A DNA stretch of 56,118 nt from a virus (taxonomy: Duplodnaviria; Caudoviricetes). The stretch is from the IMG/VR virus record IMGVR_UViG_3300031949_000046, positions 1-56,118 of that record; one strand, given 5' to 3'. The notes beneath the pieces were generated by a model, which saw only the letters and a list, made by a program, of their open reading frames with translations, ran no database searches and was not told the DNA's origin. Position numbers and translations under genes: made by a program. Shown piece by piece: positions 38,001-44,341 of the stretch. The first letter of the stretch is position 1. Each line of letters opens with the position of its first letter.

Positions 38001-40411
38001 AGATGTTGGAGCAAATCGAGAGCCTGTACGCATGGGAGGCCCGCATGGCGTTTGAGTCACAGAAGACGCCCGACCTGTTCAATAACAGCGGGGCCAAGTT
38101 GCACGTCATGATGGATGCGCGCATGAACGATACGCTCCCGCCTGAGCACGTCAATTTTGCTAGTTATGATCCGACCTCGGTTCAACAACTGCTTGGGCAG
38201 ATAGCGTTTCACGGGGCGTTTGGCCGCAACGGGCAGGCATTGACGGCCAATCTGGGCGAACTGGCGAACACGCTGAAACTCAAGAAAGCGAATTTCGACT
38301 CGCTCCAGTCGTCCACGGTTGATGGTCGCGAGCGTGAGGCGAAGGAGCGCGGCTGGAATTACAACGACCTAAAGAACGGTGTGAAGCACTGGCAGGACGT
38401 GGAGGAATTGCGCGGCGAGATTGAGTCGGCGTTCGGCATCAACAACACCTATGGGCCGCTGCATGATGCGCGGGCGGGACTAGAGCTGCTTGGATTCGTG
38501 GTTGGTCAAGCGGTCGATCAGCCAAAAACGGCAGGGCTTAATTTCCTATCTCTTGGCGCGAGAGCATTTGCCATGCACTCGCTTGGTTTCAAAGTCATAA
38601 AAGCGACGGCTTTGAGCTACGGAGAACTGGCTAAGAATTCATTCGGCGGAATGCTTCATGATTTCGGCATAGATATTATCCGCATGAGCGACTATGCAAA
38701 GGAGGCCGGCGAAGTCGAGGGCAAGGCGTTCCGTCGCCTGCCGTGGGGCGTGGTGATGTCCGACATGGGCAAGGAGGGCTCGTTTCAGGATGGACTGGCC
38801 CAGCGATTCTTGGTGCATCCGTTGCGCGTTTTGAAGGCTATCCAGAAAAAGGGCGTTGGTCCTGGCCTGTTGTCAATTCCCGGCGCTGGCATAATGCAAC
38901 GATTCGCTACCGAAGGCGCTATCGCCAATCTCCGTGGGCAAACGTACCTGTTGGAAGGTATCATCAATGCTGGCATCAAGCATTTCGCCGCGCACCCCGA
39001 AGACCTGAACAATCCCGCATTCCGCTTCGACGCTGACAAGCTGAAAATGCGGATGGATCGCGGCGTCTATGACTGGTTTCGTAATAAAACGGTCGAGTAC
39101 AACATGGGGCCGATTGAGAATATCGTGCGCGAGTCCATGGAGCGAATGAAGACGGGTGACCGGGTTATTACTAAGGAGATGGTTGAGCAACTGGCGCAAA
39201 TGAACGGGCAGGAACTGGATGGCGCTTCGTCGATCAACACCGCTCCAGCTGGATTGGCGAATAATCCCGCGCTCAAAGTAGCTATGCCGCTCTTGCGCTG
39301 GCCACTCTGGATGATGCACGCGGCCCACGAAGGGCTGGCGGATGCGAACGGTAAGGCTGATTTCAAGTCCATGATGAAGGGCATCGGGCGGCTGGCGGCG
39401 TGGAATCTGCCGCTTGGCCTAGCGTTCACATTTCTTATCGACGAATACGATGAGAAGATTTTGGGAAAGAAAAACGCGATGCCAGAAGCGCAGGGCGTTG
39501 GCGCAATTCCGTTCATCGGCCTGCCACTGGCTTTGGCGACAACCAATCGCGGCATTCCGCAGGAGGCTATTGCAATCGGTCAACGCATGATCCGGTCTGG
39601 CAACGTTTATGGCCTTGGCGCTGACATGCTCGGCGCACTCGTGACCCCATTCGATCCCGGTTCAGGCCAGCGTGCATTCTCGCTCGACCAGCGCGTGATG
39701 GTGATGTCACAGTTTTTGAATCTGACTCAGGCGATCAGTAACATGGTCAGCCAAGGCGGCACAGCTACATGGGGCAGCGTCTATCGCCCGATGGTGGCAA
39801 GCATTGGCGGAAACGGGATGCTTAACAGTCTCGGTATCGTGAACAACATGGTTGGTCTCGACAATCAAGAGGCCCGGCTGACGATGCGAATCAACGCAGC
39901 CCGCTGGATTAACACGGCGGCGAAAGAAGTAGGCATCGAGACAAAGAAGGCATCAGGCTTCAGTAACCCGTCGCCGATGAGCGTGTGGACGCGGGAGATG
40001 CAGTTAGCTGCGATGGCTAATGACCGCATGGGGTTTGGTCAGGCTTACCAGAAGGCACTGGCGGCAGCGCGTGAGATTGTGTCTAAGAACGAGAGCATTC
40101 CGGTGGAGCGTCGCGAGCAGGAGGCGATGCAGCGCGTGTTGGCATCGTGGAAGGCGCGCAATCCGTTCTCAGGACTAGCTTCAACCCCAACGCCGGATCA
40201 GATTGCGCAACTACTGGGCGCAATGGATGAGGACGGGCGCAAGGATGTGAGTGATGCGATGCGACAATTTCAGTCGTACACGGCCTTGATTGCGCCATCG
40301 AAGACCGACCAGCTTTATGCGCGCCGACTCAACACGCTCAGGCAGCAGGCGAATCCAATGTTGCAGGTGGAACGGATGAGACGGCAGGCGGCTGGGATGT
40401 TTGCGCAGTAG
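32084..40411 (+). CDS. giant internal virion / DNA-transfer protein (2775 aa)
   Basis: Gly/Ala hydrophobic segments, EASTEAFQE motif, Pro-rich linker, TLIHEAAE...ELLAE zincin-like remnant. Confidence 0.75.
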   Translation: MNSFVAYYKKYLQDTGQKDDLTDYQITKEMGDWANKNDPKLFEEHPDFAEEWASIREANAPPLSSEVGRGFKRAGIGLGSTALGAGALVTGSDYLKRKAAALDLMASDPDLAPTIGTMDDVRSGRDALRYGLSKFGEAAPSIAESVAVAGVGALAGSAAAPGAGTIAGGVAGVLEKSAIKAALREMLKKGAKEEAESIAEGMVKKKLLREASEEGIEEAVKAGVKPVIDAVASNAKRISTIRGGIAANTANSYGLSAGEIYNETDDRGLALGLGAVAAVPDTILPAYLLTRMFPGVAMSEARKQGKNLVARLATEGLKTSGIEASTEAFQEGVNIVAKKLKDGTDPTDFNDQDWVRVREAAITGAAGGALTAPAAAIGGRAPEVDVAAPAVVVPPAKPAVASPVVEPTAPEAISPVRRVMAMSPEQQAVRVTELESREMVGDEPQEYQLLKQVAPTATPTEEVIQPTAPNEQIVQPAPVEPSIPINEAVVGQASAAPRASAPTQQAEIAGAVLPGVAGEGANVGQLPVSAVTATSIAPVEFVGVQEGADGKPLFTIYRTTEDIPGHPKGSSVTDKTLAQAGYDVAALPTEPPVVAPPTPFVPSSPVPVVPALMPTSPPPQQLASVAGSAPNIGSGVETAPTAAPVGLSPREELSKLINETQTAAGWDPQWPFIPQDFGNKTFVEGVIADQTIAPELKKRMFDAARKLGVGTIPENASTAPLSQSQPIPANVSPSNQEFALPQGTAATVSADASIRGGSSASPAMADRGGSSVAGVLGVVERGGGQVASALGQKITSVFALPRALAGAKPRFSAFQLNFESDLDKATYILAQPNPSASDGAYLKAVTSQTGMTEQQARQRGREVKARIKEIVNSGGDGGDVVNVPATDSEFDAPAMRFSTEPANPAVQASRTKEFQAVMGRLVSNGANVQTMSQELLAQQTGDMLRQQIAALEQRLAQATTAPQRDEITRQLEFRKQRLSEIGQMQGVTYSPYHIAVAMKDVMSANVHELVTLIHEAAESLTMRLTPAQQGAVMRAVEATFADMHSRMQAAAQNTGATVAHVPNPSELLAESMAQKFAAEGVPESKSLADAIVRWIKEIYYRVAMAAQRAFGAEPNPELAIAWFENQLRRELGGDYSYSLESLLDRLMPQSNETIAKKLTGLTGTPDGLVDFYDPVTESLRQPMAEPISSDALAWNMKFSTTQPNAGESLGIPAEEAYARTAAAAYNEQVRWMEEMRLKVAPKMNPAEFYAITGYGQESPQELLAALETQSPGVSSAKIGGERMTDIMNKQASYQVLQFVRGMQAKHLDSIAKTQETVADAEEKYTKHAGELNRLEPDVRNAEIHEGVLKDKAKEMLTDLLKSYKDGIRTAKGLGGMMRTEEGLGEYDPMPKFYEQVFNSLLNGDIELFKYVDAIAALDLPLSTMSPDAVLKAVRDNADQSPALKELSRNKPLALTLATLASDSSRQFDQVQLRKAEGSAFLEIRKDLEAIRNATEAQLREMIKTVDDRALAKGLRQRIKHEYLLERRALRLASDRMAEAEKRIKLLTEAKPEVAARVAEAEQAIGGIFTDWQPINGAEFIVMRKRDDGSYAKAVRKLVENSDGSFADSEGIYNDLKKNTQWLKANKEREGQKEYNQIKHQTDKLKILDIGRSYQAANFGKIMGFIDSFVRPLQAIAKQAGGSGSRIVQAFNQYVFINRSGEKALIPGSHRWQHAMNRAMKSAGIKDIGQFKAQVYNPVMYYLGVNPGLDQYQAIREATKEARNRLAKEPAADFNEKFEKFLIETKAINEEMLRTAEQYGVMVSDPKIQGELRRALAQGWITGMRGMNDGVVVTLINEMGKAGWKMEYDGEGKKRRATHSTTFRGMIPPALKADESNADARAEYFAQLENTEVVRGALKPFFTPRIVNDWLLPFINKAGKAVFTHDGNNIPQIALQNAWAKSGGDVLNWIDELGMSIDMKPAQGVSNSATFRAEMLEQIESLYAWEARMAFESQKTPDLFNNSGAKLHVMMDARMNDTLPPEHVNFASYDPTSVQQLLGQIAFHGAFGRNGQALTANLGELANTLKLKKANFDSLQSSTVDGREREAKERGWNYNDLKNGVKHWQDVEELRGEIESAFGINNTYGPLHDARAGLELLGFVVGQAVDQPKTAGLNFLSLGARAFAMHSLGFKVIKATALSYGELAKNSFGGMLHDFGIDIIRMSDYAKEAGEVEGKAFRRLPWGVVMSDMGKEGSFQDGLAQRFLVHPLRVLKAIQKKGVGPGLLSIPGAGIMQRFATEGAIANLRGQTYLLEGIINAGIKHFAAHPEDLNNPAFRFDADKLKMRMDRGVYDWFRNKTVEYNMGPIENIVRESMERMKTGDRVITKEMVEQLAQMNGQELDGASSINTAPAGLANNPALKVAMPLLRWPLWMMHAAHEGLADANGKADFKSMMKGIGRLAAWNLPLGLAFTFLIDEYDEKILGKKNAMPEAQGVGAIPFIGLPLALATTNRGIPQEAIAIGQRMIRSGNVYGLGADMLGALVTPFDPGSGQRAFSLDQRVMVMSQFLNLTQAISNMVSQGGTATWGSVYRPMVASIGGNGMLNSLGIVNNMVGLDNQEARLTMRINAARWINTAAKEVGIETKKASGFSNPSPMSVWTREMQLAAMANDRMGFGQAYQKALAAAREIVSKNESIPVERREQEAMQRVLASWKARNPFSGLASTPTPDQIAQLLGAMDEDGRKDVSDAMRQFQSYTALIAPSKTDQLYARRLNTLRQQANPMLQVERMRRQAAGMFAQ

Positions 40412-40604
40412 GCGGGATCAATCGTTCCGGCCAAAACTCGCCATTTATATTGCGAACACCGAAAGTGGACAAGCAGCAGTCGGTGCCGCACAGCCATATT
40501 GTTGTGGGCGTGTCGTTATCAATTTCTGCGATTTCGGGCTCAACGCCGGGCTCGCGATACCAGTAAAAGCCGTTTTCGGTTGGGATTGTTTTTGTCCAGT
40601 TCAT
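40338..40604 (-). CDS. cassette gene A (MNWTKT..PTExGFYW family)
   Basis: paralog of 40947..41165; C-terminus runs antisense into the giant gene. Confidence 0.75.
   Translation of the reverse strand: MNWTKTIPTENGFYWYREPGVEPEIAEIDNDTPTTIWLCGTDCCLSTFGVRNINGEFWPERLIPPTAQTSQPPAVSSVPPATLDSPAA
40392..40414 (+). repeat. 23-bp direct repeat copy 1 (CTGGGATGTTTGCGCAGTAGGCG)
   Basis: exact match to copies 2 and 3; contains the giant gene's stop codon. Confidence 0.95.
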
Positions 40605-40900
40605 GTTAGTGGTGCTGTTGGGTTATTCTGGGATGTTTGCGCAGTAGGCGTGGTCGCTCCGTAAACAACACTCAGTTCGTGTTCATCTAGGGATATGGAA
40701 CTAGGGCACCTGCGACACATATCCAGTAGGTCTCTAAGAAACACAGCATTCATTTTCAGGCATTGCCGTGTATGCAAAGCTACTTCATTATTTTGCAACT
40801 CTTTAACAGGAGGGAAAAGGTTTATGGCTTTCTCGATTTCAGCTAGCGAAATCTCAGCATAGGGCATGATCGTTTTTGAATCAAAATTGGCAGTTGCCAT
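40601..40900 (-). CDS. cassette gene B, hypothetical
   Basis: 99 aa, AT-rich, ends PTAQTSQNNPTAPLT. Confidence 0.7.
   Translation of the reverse strand: MATANFDSKTIMPYAEISLAEIEKAINLFPPVKELQNNEVALHTRQCLKMNAVFLRDLLDMCRRCPSSISLDEHELSVVYGATTPTAQTSQNNPTAPLT
40628..40650 (+). repeat. 23-bp direct repeat copy 2
   Basis: exact copy, preceded by GGTTATT. Confidence 0.95.
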
Positions 40901-40946
40901 TGTTTTATTGGGTTAAGTTTTGTTTGTTATTGGGGCGTGACTTCAA

Positions 40947-41165
40947 TTATTGTGTGCATGGTGTTTGGTTATTCTGGGATGTTTGCGCAGTAGGCGGAAC
41001 CAATTTCTCCGGCCAAAACTCGCCGTTCACGTTAAAGGCAGAAGATCCTAGCGCTATTTTCCATATCCTGTCTTCGTAGATTTCGATAATTACAGGCAGG
41101 CCCAGTTCGTTTTCACGAAACCAGTAAAAGCCACCTTCAGTTGGTTTTGTTTTTGTCCAGTTCAT
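40947..41165 (-). CDS. cassette gene C (MNWTKT family)
   Basis: 72 aa, ends PPTAQTSQNNQTPCTQ; ATG overlaps the integrase stop. Confidence 0.75.
   Translation of the reverse strand: MNWTKTKPTEGGFYWFRENELGLPVIIEIYEDRIWKIALGSSAFNVNGEFWPEKLVPPTAQTSQNNQTPCTQ
40974..40996 (+). repeat. 23-bp direct repeat copy 3
   Basis: exact copy, preceded by GGTTATT. Confidence 0.95.
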
Positions 41166-42433
41166 GTTAGTGGTGGTGTTGGGTTGCTCTGGAGCGATGG
41201 GGGCACCCCCATGATATACGGTGATGGCGTGCTCATTTGACGCCCGTAGCCCATTGTTATACTCGTATCGCTATGGCCCATCAACCGGGATATTTCCTCA
41301 ATCGACTTGCCTGATGCTGTCAGGCGCAGGCGAAACGTGTGTCGCCAGCCGTAGAAGTTCTTCGTGTTATCGACCCCGCAACGCTCAAGGACTTTGTGGT
41401 AGGGTACGAAATACTTGAACGGATGCCCAGGGTATTTTTTCTGCGCATACGGGAAGCAATAGATACTACCGGTATAGAGCTTGGCTTTCATTTCAGCAAA
41501 AATCTCTTTAAGTTCTCCGCTCCCAAGCAAGGGATCGCTCAACGGAATAATTAGTTCGCGGCCCGTTTTTTGCGGATACAGCTTTACGTAATCCTCGCCA
41601 ATAGATGACCACTCAAAGCGTGTAATATCCACCGGCCTGAGTCCGAGCCAGTAGCTAATCGCGGTGGCGTAGCGCCAGTATGGAGGCACTAGTGGGCTCG
41701 CCATGACAAGTCGGTACTCGGCTTCAGTGAACGGTCTTTCCGGCGTGACCTCGCGTTGCCGGTTCGTGAGCCGTGATTTGTTTATTCTGAGATCGGCGGC
41801 GATGTTGATCTTGCACGCGCCAATAGCCACCGCGTAGGTGAAAAACTGCCGGATGGCGATACGCCAAAGCTTGAGGGTATTTTCCTTCAGATGCCCCGTG
41901 TTCAGAAATTCATGGAGCGTGAGACGCTTGACCAGCGAAAGCCGCGTGTTCTCCAGCTTGCAGCGGGTCATGAATTGATTGACCGCCGACATATACAGTT
42001 TGACGGTTTGCTTTGAGCAGCGGGCTTTGAGTTCATCGCGCCACTGTGGTAGCGCGTGCTTGAATAGCATGTTCTCGCCCGACATGACGACAGGATATTT
42101 ATCGGTGCCGTCGCGAGCCATGTCCGAGAGTGACTTCACTCCGATGTCATCGACGACTTGAAGGGCTTCCTTGATTTCGTCAGTCTCGGTAGTCAGCCAC
42201 TCTTTCTTTTTCGTCTCTGAATTGGTGACGCCCACCCGCCAGTTGCCTGATTTATCCCGCTTGAGATTATGGCCGCGAACTTTCGGCTCCTTGACGTAGA
42301 GGTGCGGATTCTCAGTTTTATCCTGCTCGCGTAGGTGGTATTGAAAGCCCTGTGCCTTGGCGCGCATGGCTAGGAACTCGGGGGATTTGGTGGCGCGTTT
42401 GCGTTTTTCTTTAACCGGGGTTTCGGAGTCCAT
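41162..42433 (-). CDS. int: tyrosine recombinase/integrase
   Basis: GLRPVDI, PQKTG, YGWRHTF, LMGHSD, TMGY catalytic motifs; likely ATG at 42433. Confidence 0.92.
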   Translation of the reverse strand: MDSETPVKEKRKRATKSPEFLAMRAKAQGFQYHLREQDKTENPHLYVKEPKVRGHNLKRDKSGNWRVGVTNSETKKKEWLTTETDEIKEALQVVDDIGVKSLSDMARDGTDKYPVVMSGENMLFKHALPQWRDELKARCSKQTVKLYMSAVNQFMTRCKLENTRLSLVKRLTLHEFLNTGHLKENTLKLWRIAIRQFFTYAVAIGACKINIAADLRINKSRLTNRQREVTPERPFTEAEYRLVMASPLVPPYWRYATAISYWLGLRPVDITRFEWSSIGEDYVKLYPQKTGRELIIPLSDPLLGSGELKEIFAEMKAKLYTGSIYCFPYAQKKYPGHPFKYFVPYHKVLERCGVDNTKNFYGWRHTFRLRLTASGKSIEEISRLMGHSDTSITMGYGRQMSTPSPYIMGVPPSLQSNPTPPLT

Positions 42434-42560
42434 ATTCGGTGATGATGCGGCTGGCGGTGTAATTAAGGGAGCGGTTATCGGCCTTGGCGAAACGGCGCAC
42501 AACTGGCGTGGCCTTCGCGTCGAGCAGAACAGACTGCCGCCCTTTGTGGCGTTTCTTCAT
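42411..42560 (-). CDS. Arc-like ribbon-helix-helix protein (49 aa), absent from track
   Basis: MKKRHKGRQSVLLDAKATPVVRRFAKADNRSLNYTASRIITEYGLRNPG; ATGA-coupled to the upstream gene. Confidence 0.7.
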   Translation of the reverse strand: MKKRHKGRQSVLLDAKATPVVRRFAKADNRSLNYTASRIITEYGLRNPG

Positions 42561-42805
42561 GATACAATCCTTTTTATCATTTCCTCATATACCTTGCCGC
42601 CTATTTTAGTTTCCCTCGTTATTTCAATGAAAGGCGCATCATCATAGCCGGGGTCATCTGGGTTGAGAAAAACACGCACATTTTTATTCTTAGGCGGGCA
42701 GAACTGAATAGCGTAATAGACATTCAAAAACCATAAAATCGTTCGCCGAAGCGGAGAAATAGAAAAAGGTTTGAAGGCGTATCGCCTTTGTGTTGGTGTA
42801 TTCAT
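42557..42805 (-). CDS. hypothetical protein
   Basis: 82 aa; first gene of the int operon. Confidence 0.55.
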   Translation of the reverse strand: MNTPTQRRYAFKPFSISPLRRTILWFLNVYYAIQFCPPKNKNVRVFLNPDDPGYDDAPFIEITRETKIGGKVYEEMIKRIVS

Positions 42806-42894
42806 GTATCCCTAAGTATCGCACATTTTACACAAATCAAGTTTATTGTTGCTATATTACCGGCGCAAAGTCGAAATCGAACTATAGACATAAT

Positions 42895-43341
42895 ATGGGA
42901 CGCCTACCATTACGCACCGCATGGGAATACATAGCCGCCTATCCACCACCGTATTGCCGACTTCTCGCCAAGGAGAAGGGCGGCGGGCGAAAAGAGATGG
43001 CCATCACCGATGCGACACTAGCCATTCGGTCAGGCATCCCGATCAATCGGATTCGAGCGATTTCAATCCAGGCCTCGTGGGACGGGATTCCGATGGATGA
43101 AATGCACCGATTCTTTGCGGCCTGTAACTTCGATCCAACCAACTCGGGACACCGCGACCGGGTAAACAAATACGAAAAAGAATGCACGAAGAGGAAAACA
43201 GTTCCTTTCCACTATCTGAGGAGATCACCGAAGTGGGAGACAGAATTTCTCCCGCTTTTTCTGATGGTATTTCAAATTTTGAAATTGAAGAACGGGTTAT
43301 CGCCAAAGGGCGCAACTTCGATTACACACGCGAGGAGCTGA
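42895..43341 (+). CDS. putative HTH regulator
   Basis: ITDATLAIRSGIPINRIRAIS HTH-like; divergent from the int operon; ATG at 42895. Confidence 0.55.
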   Translation: MGRLPLRTAWEYIAAYPPPYCRLLAKEKGGGRKEMAITDATLAIRSGIPINRIRAISIQASWDGIPMDEMHRFFAACNFDPTNSGHRDRVNKYEKECTKRKTVPFHYLRRSPKWETEFLPLFLMVFQILKLKNGLSPKGATSITHARS

Positions 43342-43841
43342 AAGGCTTCGCCGAAAACGACACATGGTATCAGAAACTCAAAGCAGCGGCGACGGCCCAG
43401 ATCAAGATTTGCGATGCGGAGGAAGCGGAGATCAAGGAGGCGAGGATGGTGGCGAAGGAAGCGTTTCTCCATTACCAGAGACTGGTGACGCACCGGAGAG
43501 TGATGGTAGCGGAGGCGAATCTGGCGTACCGGAAGATGTACCACCAGATGATAAACATAGCGGCACGCCAAGCATCGAGGTCGATCAGGAAAATCCAAAA
43601 GATTCTCGGCATAGCGGAACTGGACATAGAAAAAGCAGCGGAAAAATCTCTAAGGCAGCTTTTCGTGCGGCGTACAAGGCCGCTGGCGGAAACGCCTCAA
43701 TTATCGCAAGAGCAATCGGACGCCATCCTAGTTCCGTTGTCGAGCGGATCGACGCTGACCCAGAACTCAGAGCCGACTACAGACGAACCGAAAAAGAATT
43801 CATCGCCCACCCTGACAGCGCGCCAAGTCGTACCGATGTGA
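43182..43841 (+). CDS. overlapping helical protein (alternative frame)
   Basis: 219 aa of amphipathic helices; overlaps both neighbours. Confidence 0.5.
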   Translation: MHEEENSSFPLSEEITEVGDRISPAFSDGISNFEIEERVIAKGRNFDYTREELKGFAENDTWYQKLKAAATAQIKICDAEEAEIKEARMVAKEAFLHYQRLVTHRRVMVAEANLAYRKMYHQMINIAARQASRSIRKIQKILGIAELDIEKAAEKSLRQLFVRRTRPLAETPQLSQEQSDAILVPLSSGSTLTQNSEPTTDEPKKNSSPTLTARQVVPM

Positions 43842-44341
43842 TGGACAGAAATGCGCAGGATATTCCGCCCGAAGTTTCGATTGAAGTAATAAAGCAGATC
43901 GAGGCGATGGATCGGGAGATGTATCTTGATTCGCTGAAGAAGGCCGGCGTGTCAGTGAAGACGCTGGATAATCTGAGGGCGATGGACGGGCTTGCCAAGG
44001 ACGCAGGTCGGCAGCTCTCAATGAGCTTGGAGATGACGCACAAGAATTTCATCCTCCAGTTGATGAAGCTGGCGGAGGTGTCGGATAGTTTAAGGAGCCG
44101 GTTAGAGGGGAAGGAGATGGAGGACGGGACGAAGGTTGCACTCGAACCAATCGAGTACGCTGCCATTTCCAGAGTTTACATCGAATGCGTCAAGGAAGCC
44201 CGCAGCGGCTACGGCATGATGCTTACCGGCACTGAGGCGATGGTGAGAATGATGACAGCGGCAAAGGGGAAGGGCGACAGCCCTGAAGGCAAAGCCACTG
44301 CCGGATGGGGGCCGATGAAGAAGGTGAGGGACGTAAAATAA
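43364..44341 (+). CDS. putative terminase small subunit
   Basis: HTH-like AAYKAAGGNASIIARAIGRHPSSV; TAATG coupling to the large subunit. Confidence 0.6.
   Translation: MVSETQSSGDGPDQDLRCGGSGDQGGEDGGEGSVSPLPETGDAPESDGSGGESGVPEDVPPDDKHSGTPSIEVDQENPKDSRHSGTGHRKSSGKISKAAFRAAYKAAGGNASIIARAIGRHPSSVVERIDADPELRADYRRTEKEFIAHPDSAPSRTDVMDRNAQDIPPEVSIEVIKQIEAMDREMYLDSLKKAGVSVKTLDNLRAMDGLAKDAGRQLSMSLEMTHKNFILQLMKLAEVSDSLRSRLEGKEMEDGTKVALEPIEYAAISRVYIECVKEARSGYGMMLTGTEAMVRMMTAAKGKGDSPEGKATAGWGPMKKVRDVK

Noticed and set aside
40392-40996. 23-bp repeats as a CRISPR array
   Set aside because: The intervals are over 200 bp and encode genes; no cas genes are present
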